In this document: one piece after another, positions 10,250-19,286 of the stretch
Numbering within the stretch: position 1 is the first letter of the stretch
How the letters are laid out: every line of letters begins with the position of its first letter
NCBI GenBank assembly: GCA_037133475.1
Contig: JBAXOB010000022.1
Span: 571-64,570 of the forward strand
Origin: Bacteroidota bacterium
Lineage (GTDB): Bacteria; Bacteroidota; Bacteroidia; Bacteroidales; FEN-979
Length of the DNA: 64,000 nt
Direction of reading: 5' to 3'
The notes under the pieces: model-generated
What the model was told of the DNA's origin: nothing
Database searches by the model: none
What the model saw: only the letters and a program-made list of their open reading frames with translations
Made by a program: the position numbers and the translations under genes

Positions 10250-10892
10250 CTTTCGTCAGGTTGTTGCGGATGGCATATCGGACCAGTTCCGTGTTGTTAT
10301 GGATATACAGCTTTTTATAGATATTCGATTTATGCACCTGGATAGTCTGAATGCTCAGGCTGAGGATCTTACTGATCTCGGTGGCCGTATGACCATCGGC
10401 AAACAGGGAAACAATCTGTTTCTGCCGTTGCGTGAGCGCCTCCTTTTCCCGGTGTTTGTTCTGCCCGTTGACATTGTCAACCACGTAGGAACTGATCTTT
10501 TCCGCGATCTCCCCTTTAAACCAGGTGCCCCCGTTGTATAAGGCCTTTACCGCCTGGATCATCTCCTGCGATTTGGCCATCTTGTTGAGGTAACACCTCA
10601 CGCCGGCATTGATCGCTTCAAAGATATGCTCCTTGTCGTTGAACATGCTTAACAACATCACGGGCATGGTGGGGAACTGCTTCAGGATCTCCTTGGTTCC
10701 ATAAATACCATTGTAAATCGGCATGTCATAATCCATGATCACCACATCGGGATCATATACACCCGCTTTGATGGCGGCAGCAAGGCCATTGTCAGCCTCC
10801 TCGACAAATTCAATTTCCGGATCTTCCAGGATTAATTTTTTCAATCCTTCCCGAAACATGGTATGATCATCAACCAGTAGAACTTTAATCAT
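10242..10892 (-). CDS. NarL/LuxR-family two-component response regulator
   Basis: The receiver has MIKVLLVDDH and DVVIMDYDMP. The C-terminal LuxR helix-turn-helix is LTQRQKQIVSLFADGHTATEISKILSLSIQTIQVHKSNIYKKL. It overlaps the convergent REC-kinase gene by 8 nt. Confidence 0.9.
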   Translation of the reverse strand: MIKVLLVDDHTMFREGLKKLILEDPEIEFVEEADNGLAAAIKAGVYDPDVVIMDYDMPIYNGIYGTKEILKQFPTMPVMLLSMFNDKEHIFEAINAGVRCYLNKMAKSQEMIQAVKALYNGGTWFKGEIAEKISSYVVDNVNGQNKHREKEALTQRQKQIVSLFADGHTATEISKILSLSIQTIQVHKSNIYKKLYIHNNTELVRYAIRNNLTKVT

Positions 10893-11171
10893 ATAGGCCA
10901 GATTTTAAATTCTATTTCAAACATACGACATAATACCAATAAAACATAAAACATGAGAATATTTTTCCTGAATATTGCTTTTTTCCTTACATGATCATGA
11001 GGGGACCGGTCGGCAGGTCTGCTGCATGCCAAAGCCGTCAACGCTCGGTAAGGTCCGGACCGGCATAAGAAAAAACCGTATCCCCCCCGCCCTGCCCTGA
11101 AGAGCATGTACCACGGAACAAAGGTTCGTCCTCAATCTGTCGCCATTGCTTGCCCTGTATTCAAATTTGTT

Positions 11172-11179
11172 TATTTTTG
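11172..11179 (+). promoter_or_regulatory. Candidate Bacteroidota -7 promoter box (TATTTTTG) for the POT transporter gene
   Basis: It matches TAnnTTTG and lies about 50 nt upstream of the ATG at 11230. No well-spaced -33 TTTG is seen. Confidence 0.35.
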
Positions 11180-11229
11180 CAATACACATCGCTACAATCC
11201 ATCGATTATTCACGAACAACCTACCAATC

Positions 11230-12897
11230 ATGTTTAAAGGACATCCAAAAGGGCTCTATGTGGCATTTTTTGCCAACATGGGCGAACGCTTCGGTTATTA
11301 CACCATGCTGGCGATTTTCGTATTGTATCTGCAATCGAAGTTTGGCTGGTCGACCACCCAGACTGGCCATGTTTATGGCTTTTTCCTGTTTGGCATCTAT
11401 TTCCTGCCCCTGCTGGGCGGTATCATTGCCGACAATGTGCTGGGATACGGCAAGACGATCCTGCTCGGGATCATCGTCATGTTTTCGGGATACGCCCTGC
11501 TGGCCTGGCCGGGTACGGGCGAAACGTTCATTTATGTCGCACTGGGGGTCATTTCGCTGGGGACCGGGCTTTTTAAGGGCAATCTGCAGGCCCTGGTCGG
11601 GAACATGTATGACGATGCGAAATACAGCAAACTCAGGGATTCGGCCTTCAGCCTGTTCTACATGGGGATCAACATCGGCGCCTTTTTCGCCCCGAGCGCT
11701 GCCGGCGGGATGCGGAACTTCATCCTTGGCAGGAGCGGATTTACCTACGATTCGGCCATTCCCGACCTCGCCCATAAGTTTTTAAACAAGACCCTTGAAA
11801 ACACCGCCCAGCTGGAACAGTTCGCCCACACCCAGGCCGGCGGAAGGTACACCGACCTGCATGAATTCTGCACCCAGTACATTGCCAGTATCAGCCAGGC
11901 CTACAATGCAGGCTTTGCCGTGGCTGCCCTGAGTATGGTCGCTTCGCTGGTGATTTTCATCGGGTTCAGGAAATATTACAAATCGGCCGACGTAACCCAT
12001 AAACAGCAAAAGGCCGCCCACTCGCCTAACCTCATTGAGCTGACCCCGAAACAGACGAAGGACAGGCTCGTCGCCCTTGGCCTGGTGTTCGTGGTGGTGA
12101 TGTTCTTCTGGATGGCCTTCCACCAGAATGGCTTCACCCTGACCATTTTTGCAAGAGACTATACCGTTTCATCGGTTTCACAGGGATCGGCCGTTATCTT
12201 TAACCTGGCGACCTTCCTGCCATTGCTGATCGGCATCCTGGGCCTCGTCTTATTACTGGGAAAAGGCAATTCAACAAAGACAAAATTCATCGGCGGCTTC
12301 GTAGCCCTGGGTTCCATCATCGTGGCATTTTTCACCATCCGCATGCTGCAGCCCGAAGGAAACAAGATCTCCCCCGAGATCTTCCAGCAATTCAACCCGA
12401 TCTTCATCGTATTTATCACGCCTGTCATCCTGGGCTTCTTCGCATACCTGCAAAAACACGGCAAAGAGCCCTCCTCCCCCAAGAAAATCGGGATCGGCAT
12501 GCTGATCACCGCGGCCGGTTTCCTGGTCATGGTGCTGGCCTCGCAGGGGCTGATGAGCCCTGCCGAACTGGCTGTCAAAGGGGGCGTTTCCGACACTCTT
12601 CGTTCGCCCTACTGGCTGATCGGCACCTATTTCACCCTCACCATTGCTGAACTTTTCCTCAGCCCGATCGGCATTTCTTTCGTGTCGAAGGTCACCCCCC
12701 CCCAATTCAAGGGACTTGCCCAGGGCGGGTGGTTCGGCGCCACGGCCATCGGCAACCTGATGGCAGGATTTATAGGCCCCTTCTGGGATAAATGGCAGCT
12801 GTGGCAGTTTTTCATGCTGCTGGTGGGGTTGACGATTTTATCTGCCGTGTTCATCTTTTCTATCCTCAAACGGCTTGAACGCGCGACAACCAGCTAA
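11230..12897 (+). CDS. Proton-dependent oligopeptide transporter (POT/PTR2 family, DtpT-like)
   Basis: The PTR2 signature FFANMGERFGYYTM is present and the protein is polytopic. The track ORF starts at 11146, but MFKGHPKGLYV at 11230 is the typical POT N-terminus. Confidence 0.9.
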   Translation: MFKGHPKGLYVAFFANMGERFGYYTMLAIFVLYLQSKFGWSTTQTGHVYGFFLFGIYFLPLLGGIIADNVLGYGKTILLGIIVMFSGYALLAWPGTGETFIYVALGVISLGTGLFKGNLQALVGNMYDDAKYSKLRDSAFSLFYMGINIGAFFAPSAAGGMRNFILGRSGFTYDSAIPDLAHKFLNKTLENTAQLEQFAHTQAGGRYTDLHEFCTQYIASISQAYNAGFAVAALSMVASLVIFIGFRKYYKSADVTHKQQKAAHSPNLIELTPKQTKDRLVALGLVFVVVMFFWMAFHQNGFTLTIFARDYTVSSVSQGSAVIFNLATFLPLLIGILGLVLLLGKGNSTKTKFIGGFVALGSIIVAFFTIRMLQPEGNKISPEIFQQFNPIFIVFITPVILGFFAYLQKHGKEPSSPKKIGIGMLITAAGFLVMVLASQGLMSPAELAVKGGVSDTLRSPYWLIGTYFTLTIAELFLSPIGISFVSKVTPPQFKGLAQGGWFGATAIGNLMAGFIGPFWDKWQLWQFFMLLVGLTILSAVFIFSILKRLERATTS

Positions 12898-12923
12898 ACA
12901 GGTACCGTTATCCCTGATTTGAT

Positions 12924-12955
12924 CTGACGCCCCTGGTGAAAACCCGGGGCGTCAG
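12924..12955 (+). terminator. GC-rich hairpin downstream of the POT gene, a putative intrinsic terminator
   Basis: A 10-bp perfect stem, CTGACGCCCC (12924-12933) paired with GGGGCGTCAG (12946-12955), encloses a 12-nt loop. It begins 27 nt after the stop codon. No U-tract follows. Confidence 0.4.
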
Positions 12956-12966
12956 TACGAAACCTT

Positions 12967-13989
12967 ATGCCAGACCCGACACCATTTCCCTGGGGGCATC
13001 CCCGCCGGTTTAATTCATACACCGAGCATATCCGCCGGACCTTTGGCGGCAGGATGCAGAAGGTGGTGGTGGATGCCGGCTTTACCTGCCCGAACCGCGA
13101 CGGGACGAAGGGATTTGGCGGTTGTACCTACTGCAACAACGATGCCTTCAACCCCTCCTACTGCAACCCTGTGGAGCCGCTTCACTACCAGATAGCAAAA
13201 GGCATTGAATTCCATACGGTTCGCTATCGCAGGGCTACAAAATACCTGGTCTATTTCCAGCCCTACAGCAACACTTACGCACCCCTGCCGCGCCTGAAGG
13301 AGCTGTATGAAAAGGCCCTGGAATACCCCGGGGTTGTGGGGCTGGTGATCGGTACGCGTCCCGACTGCATCGACGACCCTACGCTGGAGTACCTGCAGCA
13401 GCTATCCGAAAAATATTTTATCCAGGTTGAATATGGCGTTGAATCCTGCTCTGATCAAACCCTGGAACGGATCAACAGGCAGCACGGGTTTGCCCTGAGC
13501 GAACAGGTCATCCGCAAGACCCACGCCATGGGCATCAACACGGGCGCCCACTTCATCTTCGGCCTGCCCGGGGAATCCTTCGACCATATGCTGTCAACCG
13601 CTGCCACCATCTCCTCCCTGCCCCTCGATACGATCAAGTTCCACCAGCTTCAGATCGTGAGCGGGACCGCGATGGAACGAGATTTCAGGGAACACCCCGG
13701 CGATTTTCACCAATTCAGCCTTGAGGGGTATATCGGGTTTATAGTCAGGTTTATTGAACGACTGAGCCCCGCCGTGGTAATTGAACGGTTTTCGGGTGAA
13801 ATCCCGCCACGCTTCATGGAGCCGCTATCTTCAACCGCGACGGGGATCTCCGCGGCTGAAGGTGATTCTGCTGCTCTCACGCCGCATCCCCAGCGGTGGG
13901 GATTGATCCGTTATGATGCCGTGTTACGTATGACTGAAAAGGAACTGGAGCGCCAAAATACCTGGCAGGGGAAACATTATCAGATATGA
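12967..13989 (+). CDS. Radical SAM protein, TIGR01212 (YhcC-like) family
   Basis: The N-terminal motif KVVVDAGFTCPNRDGTKGFGGCTYCNN is characteristic of this family. QVEYGVES and IFGLPGES segments are also present. Confidence 0.8.
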   Translation: MPDPTPFPWGHPRRFNSYTEHIRRTFGGRMQKVVVDAGFTCPNRDGTKGFGGCTYCNNDAFNPSYCNPVEPLHYQIAKGIEFHTVRYRRATKYLVYFQPYSNTYAPLPRLKELYEKALEYPGVVGLVIGTRPDCIDDPTLEYLQQLSEKYFIQVEYGVESCSDQTLERINRQHGFALSEQVIRKTHAMGINTGAHFIFGLPGESFDHMLSTAATISSLPLDTIKFHQLQIVSGTAMERDFREHPGDFHQFSLEGYIGFIVRFIERLSPAVVIERFSGEIPPRFMEPLSSTATGISAAEGDSAALTPHPQRWGLIRYDAVLRMTEKELERQNTWQGKHYQI

Positions 13990-14645
13990 ATCGACACATT
14001 GGATGCCATGACCGCCCTGGAGATCGCAGTCTGCAATAATTTTATAACCTCTTCCGCCTCGGTCCTGGGCTTTTTAAACTGGGTTATTTCATTTATTTTC
14101 CCGCGCAGTTTCAGGTATTGGATAAAACCGCCGAAATTCTTCCTCACCATCTTGCAGTTGTTCATCACCACAAGCAGCATCACATCTTCATCGGTAAGGT
14201 TCTTGTCAGTAACTATTTTTTCGTAGATCTCCTCCTGCAGCTTCCGCTTCAGCTCCGTATTGACCAATGGAAACTTCGTCTGGTAAAAGACCATCATCAG
14301 ACTGTATTCCTCCTTTGCAATAACCTGGTTTTGGATCAGTTGCTTTAATATGGTTTTGCGAAGCAGCAGCTTTTTATAGACAATCCGCTGGATCCATGAA
14401 CGAAGGCTGCGTGATTTTTTGGAGGATTTTATCAGGTTGAGGACCCTGTCAAGCACTACGTTATCGGTCGTCTTCGGATCGATTACCACTATTTCGTCAT
14501 TCACAAAGCCAATTCTTCCCTTTTGCTGAAGTTCAAACAGTATCGCACCGGTTAACCCGAACTTGATCTTATGCTCAGCAGTTCCAAACCATCCTTTATC
14601 ATCGAGGGCCAGAAGAACAATTTTCTGAAGAAAAGTCAATTCCAT
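13980..14645 (-). CDS. GPP34/GOLPH3 (VPS74)-family protein
   Basis: The family pattern is visible in LTFLQKIVLLALDDKGWF...KFGLTGAILFELQQKGRI...DNVVLDRVLNLI...SLRSWIQRI. The gene is visibly more AT-rich than its neighbours. It lies 78 nt downstream of pstB on the same strand. Confidence 0.75.
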   Translation of the reverse strand: MELTFLQKIVLLALDDKGWFGTAEHKIKFGLTGAILFELQQKGRIGFVNDEIVVIDPKTTDNVVLDRVLNLIKSSKKSRSLRSWIQRIVYKKLLLRKTILKQLIQNQVIAKEEYSLMMVFYQTKFPLVNTELKRKLQEEIYEKIVTDKNLTDEDVMLLVVMNNCKMVRKNFGGFIQYLKLRGKINEITQFKKPRTEAEEVIKLLQTAISRAVMASNVSIHI

Positions 14646-14723
14646 CTTTTTTTTGATTTACCATCCATCTACCGGAAAACTATTTCCGCGATAAAAATAG
14701 ATAAAAATTCTCTGTAAAAGCAA

Positions 14724-15485
14724 CTAATTAAACGTCCCGCCCAGGTAAAGTTTGGTTTTTTCCATTTTCGGATTCTCAAAAACCTCATTGACAGTGCCCT
14801 GCTCAATCACATCGCCCATATACATAAACACCACATTGTCGGCAATGCGCCTGGCCTGCCGAAGCACATGGGTCACCAACACGATGGTGTAATCCTTTTT
14901 CAGCCTGATGAAACTCTCCTCGATCACCTGGCTCGAGATCGGGTCGAGGGCAGAGGTCGGCTCATCGGCCAGGATAATCTCGGGGTTCACCGCGAGTCCG
15001 CGGGCCAGGCAAAGCCGCTGCTGCTGGCCTATTGAAAGCCTTGATGCCGGCTCACGCAACCGGTTCCTGATCTCATCCCAAAGATTGGCCTCCTGAAGGT
15101 AGTGCACGACCAGTTTATGGATCTCCCTGCGGTTTTTGATTCCCCGCAACTTCAGGGCGTAGGAGATATTGTTGTAGATGGTCATAGGCAGCGGGTAGGG
15201 ACGTTGCGACAAGAGTCCCATCTGCTGCCTCAGCTTATAAATATCCTCCCTTGCAGCCAGGATGTTCTTGTCGTCAATGACAATTTTACCGGTAACCTTC
15301 AACTCGGGATAGAGATCGGTGAGCCGGTTAAGGCACTTCAGCAGGGTGGTTTTACCGCACCCCGAAGGTCCCAGGATAACCGTGATTTTATTCCTGGGGA
15401 TTTCGATATTGATATCCCTTAGAATTTGGGTCTTCCCGGCAAAAACATTCAGGTCCCTGATCTCTATTTTCGTTGTATTCTCCAT
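14724..15485 (-). CDS. pstB: Phosphate ABC transporter ATP-binding protein
   Basis: Walker A is GPSGCGKTT, the ABC signature is LSIGQQQRL and Walker B is ILADEPTSALD. It is the last gene of a pstSCAB array. Confidence 0.93.
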   Translation of the reverse strand: MENTTKIEIRDLNVFAGKTQILRDINIEIPRNKITVILGPSGCGKTTLLKCLNRLTDLYPELKVTGKIVIDDKNILAAREDIYKLRQQMGLLSQRPYPLPMTIYNNISYALKLRGIKNRREIHKLVVHYLQEANLWDEIRNRLREPASRLSIGQQQRLCLARGLAVNPEIILADEPTSALDPISSQVIEESFIRLKKDYTIVLVTHVLRQARRIADNVVFMYMGDVIEQGTVNEVFENPKMEKTKLYLGGTFN

Positions 15486-15498
15486 TCACTGACCGCTG

Positions 15499-16356
15499 CT
15501 AAAAATTGATTTTTGTTTTATGGTATCGTTTTCCAATGCCACGAGAGAACAAACTTACGATTAAAATGATTAGGGTAAGCACCAGGGCCGACGCATAGGC
15601 CCTGTTTTGCACCTCCGGCACAGGGGAAGAGAGCTGGAAGAAGATCGACAATGGCAGGGTGGCAACAGGTTCCAGCAACCCGTTTGGCAGGTGATCGGTG
15701 TAGCCCGCCGTAAAAAGAACCGCAGCCGCATCGCCGATGGCCCGGCCAAATGACAGCAACACCGCGGTGATGATCCCCGAGATTGACTGCCTTGTAAATA
15801 TCTTGAAGGCAATTTCCGACTTATTTGCCCCCAGCGAATAGGCGGCCTCCTGGAGCCCGATGGGAACCGTTCGGAGGATCTCATCCATCGACCTGATCAT
15901 GATCGGCAGGATAAACAGGGTCACGGTAAGGATCCCAGCAAGCAGCGAGGTCTGCAGGCCAAAAAAGATCATCAGGGAAAAACCAAAGGCGCCATAAACG
16001 ATCGAGGGAATTCCCCAAACAAGATCAAGCAGGAACCTGATCACATCGATCACCTTTTTTTGCCGGATCAGGAAGACATTCATATAGAGCGCCACCGGCA
16101 TCCCGATGAAAAAGGCCAGCAAGGTGGCGCCGAATGCCAGGGTGAGGGACCCCAGGATTGCATTGAGGATTCCGCCGCCTTTACCATAATAATAACCTCC
16201 GTGGGGAACCTGGGTCAGCATTTCCCAGGATATGGAGCGGATCCCCTTCTCGAAGATGCTGTAAATGATCAGCGCCAGCACCGCAAAGATGAAGAAGGTC
16301 GCGATGATCATCAGCAACTTGAAGAACTTTTCCTCTATTTTCTGGGCCCTTGTCAA
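15499..16356 (-). CDS. pstA: Phosphate ABC transporter permease
   Basis: The protein is polytopic, with the EAAYSLGA permease motif (LQEAAYSLGANKSE). Its position in the pst array supports the call. Confidence 0.9.
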   Translation of the reverse strand: MTRAQKIEEKFFKLLMIIATFFIFAVLALIIYSIFEKGIRSISWEMLTQVPHGGYYYGKGGGILNAILGSLTLAFGATLLAFFIGMPVALYMNVFLIRQKKVIDVIRFLLDLVWGIPSIVYGAFGFSLMIFFGLQTSLLAGILTVTLFILPIMIRSMDEILRTVPIGLQEAAYSLGANKSEIAFKIFTRQSISGIITAVLLSFGRAIGDAAAVLFTAGYTDHLPNGLLEPVATLPLSIFFQLSSPVPEVQNRAYASALVLTLIILIVSLFSRGIGKRYHKTKINF

Positions 16357-16359
16357 TGA

Positions 16360-17250
16360 TCAGTATTTGTTGTAGCGTACAATAAAAAAATGCATGATGA
16401 GGTTAAAGAACAGCGATACGGCAAGAAGCAGCAGGGCTGCAAACATCAGGGCCGAATCGTATTTCGGAATGGAAAGCATCTCCCCGTAATTGTTTGCAAT
16501 CAGGGCCGGCAGGGTATAGCCGGGATCAAATACGCTCTTTGGCAGGCGCACCACGTTGCCCACAACCATCAGTACCGCCATGGTTTCGCCGAAGGCGCGG
16601 GCCAGGCCAAATCCGAACGCGGCGATGATCCCGGGAAGGGCCTTTTTAAGCAGGACATGCTTGATCGTCTGCCATTCGGTGGCGCCCAGCGACAGCGCCG
16701 ACTCCTTCAATTCCATCGGGATGGCCCTGAATATCTCGATCAGGATGTTGAGCACAAAGGGGATGATCATGATCGACAGCACGAAGGAGGCTGCCAGGAT
16801 GCTGTAGCCCATGGTCTTCGCTCCGACCCACGGACCGAGATACCTTGAAATAAAGGGGACAATCACCAGGATTCCCCACAATCCATAAACAACGGATGGA
16901 ATTCCCGCCAGGATGTCGATGGCGGGATGCATGATCCGCAGAAAGAATTTCTTGGTGTACTGGGTAACATAAATTGCCGTAAGCAGGCAAACGGGCGCCG
17001 TGATCAGCATGGCCACCAGCGTAACCCAAACCGACCCTACGATAAACGGATAAAACCCGAATTTTCCGGCCGAGGGGCGCCAGGTCTTTGAAAATATCAG
17101 TTCAGCCAGCGAATTGTCGTGCAACAGCAGCACCGACTTCAGGTAGAGCCCGATGAACAGCAGGAACGGCAAAAAAGCAACCACCAACAAGCTGATGATC
17201 ATCCATGTATAATTGATGGCATGACGTTGTTCGCGGTTGAGAAGGTACAT
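16360..17250 (-). CDS. pstC: Phosphate ABC transporter permease
   Basis: The protein is polytopic, with the motif ELKESALSLGATEWQT. It sits between pstS and pstA. Confidence 0.9.
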   Translation of the reverse strand: MYLLNREQRHAINYTWMIISLLVVAFLPFLLFIGLYLKSVLLLHDNSLAELIFSKTWRPSAGKFGFYPFIVGSVWVTLVAMLITAPVCLLTAIYVTQYTKKFFLRIMHPAIDILAGIPSVVYGLWGILVIVPFISRYLGPWVGAKTMGYSILAASFVLSIMIIPFVLNILIEIFRAIPMELKESALSLGATEWQTIKHVLLKKALPGIIAAFGFGLARAFGETMAVLMVVGNVVRLPKSVFDPGYTLPALIANNYGEMLSIPKYDSALMFAALLLLAVSLFFNLIMHFFIVRYNKY

Positions 17251-17251
17251 C

Positions 17252-18232
17252 CTATTTCAGCTTTTGCAATTCAGAAGTAACCTGTTCAGGTTTGATGGTC
17301 ACATAGCCCGCTTCATTGACAAACTTCTGTCCATCCGAAAGCAGCCATTGCAGGAAATTCAAAACCAGTTTATTGGTGGGTTTGCCCCCTGAGACCAGGT
17401 AGAGGTCGCGGGCCGGCGGCGAGGGATACCTGCCATCATTGATGGCTTGCATCACCTTATCGATATTGTCGTAAAAGTTCTCCTCCGGGTCGATTTTGCC
17501 GTTGCCGTTAAGGTCGATGGGTACCACCGCGAGTCCCGGGTAAATTTTCCGGCTCTGCATTTCGTAAACAAACCCCAGGTTGTTGTACCCGATGGCACCA
17601 GCATTCTTCCTGACTGCGTCAGCCACACCGGGATCGCCATTGACGCCCAGTCCAAGGATATCCTCCTGTTTCTTGTTGTTCAGGTATTTGGCCCACATGT
17701 CGGCAGCCCCGCAGGCATCGGAGCGGGTAAAGACCTGCAAATCGGCCCTGGAATTATTCCCGGCAGCCTGGCCCCATGTTTTGATATTGCCGCTGATGAA
17801 GATATCATAGAACTTCTCCTTCGTCAGCCCCCTGGCCTTAAGGTCGGCCAGGACCGGGTTGCCGGCATTGATGGTAGGCAGAACGGCATCCTTGGCGATG
17901 GCGATCCACCAGGCGCCCCTTGCCTGCTCTTCAGGGCTTACCGCCTTGGAATACATTCCCAGGTCGACCATTTTGTTGAGGGCATCGGTCATCCCCTTGC
18001 CAGCGCCACCGGCAGAGACGTTGATGGTAACCCTGGGATGGAGTTTCTGGAAAACCTCGGCACATTTAACCACCAGCGGATAGAGGGCAAATGCGCCCGA
18101 AATGGTGATCTTCCCCTTTAGGGTATCCCCTCCCGCGGTATTATTCCCCGGCTGGTTACAGGATGGGAAAATGGTCGCCGAAAGCATTCCGGCGAACAGG
18201 ATCGAAATAAATATCAGGCTCTTAAGCTTCAT
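17252..18232 (-). CDS. pstS: Phosphate-binding periplasmic protein (PstS/PBP2 family)
   Basis: A lipoprotein-like signal (..SATIFPSC) is followed by ISGAFALYPLV...SAGGAGKGMTDA. It is the first gene of the pst array. Confidence 0.88.
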   Translation of the reverse strand: MKLKSLIFISILFAGMLSATIFPSCNQPGNNTAGGDTLKGKITISGAFALYPLVVKCAEVFQKLHPRVTINVSAGGAGKGMTDALNKMVDLGMYSKAVSPEEQARGAWWIAIAKDAVLPTINAGNPVLADLKARGLTKEKFYDIFISGNIKTWGQAAGNNSRADLQVFTRSDACGAADMWAKYLNNKKQEDILGLGVNGDPGVADAVRKNAGAIGYNNLGFVYEMQSRKIYPGLAVVPIDLNGNGKIDPEENFYDNIDKVMQAINDGRYPSPPARDLYLVSGGKPTNKLVLNFLQWLLSDGQKFVNEAGYVTIKPEQVTSELQKLK

Positions 18233-18306
18233 CGGTCTGTGGTTTTAACAAAGTAAAGTTAAATCATTCTGTTGGTTCCTGAAGCAGGGAGGAAAAAAAT
18301 ATTAGG

Positions 18307-19275
18307 TTACTCGGCTAAAAAGTGGTTGATGATATCCTCCACTCTCACTCCTTCGGCTTCTGCTTTATAGTTCCGGACGATCCGGTGCCGTAGCACCGAA
18401 GTGGCCACCGCTCTTACATCTTCGATGTCGGGGGAATATTTCCCGTTGAGTACGGCATGGCATTTGGCGCCCAAGATGAGATACTGCGATGCCCTCGGGC
18501 CTGCGCCCCACGTCAGGTAATCGTTGGCCCACGATTTGATTTTACCGGGTTTGGGACGGGTCAGGGAGACCAGGTTGACGGCATAATGGAATACATTGTC
18601 GGGAACAGGTACCTTGCGGATCAGGTTTTGAAAAAACAGGATCTCTTCAGCGGTCAGCACCACCGAAGGCAAAACAGTCTTTTCGGTGGTGGTTGCCTTC
18701 ACAATCCTGACCTCCTCCTCAAACGAGGGATAATCAAGCCAGATATTGAACATGAAGCGGTCCAGCTGGGCTTCCGGTAACGGATAGGTGCCCTCCTGTT
18801 CGATCGGGTTCTGGGTAGCCAGCACGAAAAAGGGCTCCTCCAGGTGGTAACTTGTGCCTGCCACCGTAACAGCCTTTTCCTGCATGGCTTCCAATAAGGC
18901 CGACTGGGTTTTTGGCGGGGTCCGGTTAATCTCATCCGCCAGGATGATATTGGCAAAAACTGGTCCCTTGATGAACCTGAAATGACGGTTTTCATCGAGG
19001 ATCTCGGTACCGATGATATCGGAAGGCATCAGGTCGGGTGTAAACTGAATCCTGTGATAACTCAACCCGAGCGCCTGCGACAGGGTATTCACCATCAATG
19101 TCTTTGCCAGGCCGGGCACGCCTACCAGCAAACAGTGTCCCTTGCAGAAGATGGCAATCAAAAGATTTTTCACCACCTCATCCTGACCCACGATAACTTT
19201 GGAAATTTCAGCTTTTAAAAGGGAATATTTTTCAACAAGTGCATCAACTGCCTGAACATCCGACGAAAACTGCAT
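18307..19275 (-). CDS. MoxR-family AAA+ ATPase
   Basis: Walker A is GVPGLAKT and Walker B is ILADEINR. The ~320 aa length and LDRF motif are typical of MoxR/RavA-like proteins. No DUF58/VWA partner is adjacent. Confidence 0.88.
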   Translation of the reverse strand: MQFSSDVQAVDALVEKYSLLKAEISKVIVGQDEVVKNLLIAIFCKGHCLLVGVPGLAKTLMVNTLSQALGLSYHRIQFTPDLMPSDIIGTEILDENRHFRFIKGPVFANIILADEINRTPPKTQSALLEAMQEKAVTVAGTSYHLEEPFFVLATQNPIEQEGTYPLPEAQLDRFMFNIWLDYPSFEEEVRIVKATTTEKTVLPSVVLTAEEILFFQNLIRKVPVPDNVFHYAVNLVSLTRPKPGKIKSWANDYLTWGAGPRASQYLILGAKCHAVLNGKYSPDIEDVRAVATSVLRHRIVRNYKAEAEGVRVEDIINHFLAE

Positions 19276-19286
19276 GATTTAGCTAT

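Noticed and set aside
11146-11229. A longer POT transporter start (MLALYSNLFIFAIHIATIHRLFTNNLPI..) and the overlapping ORFs 11150..11785, 10889..11107 and 10995..11231.
   Set aside because: The extension covers the candidate promoter box and has no homology-like features. The POT N-terminus MFKGHPKGL at 11230 is canonical. The other ORFs are out of frame or antisense, with low-complexity translations.
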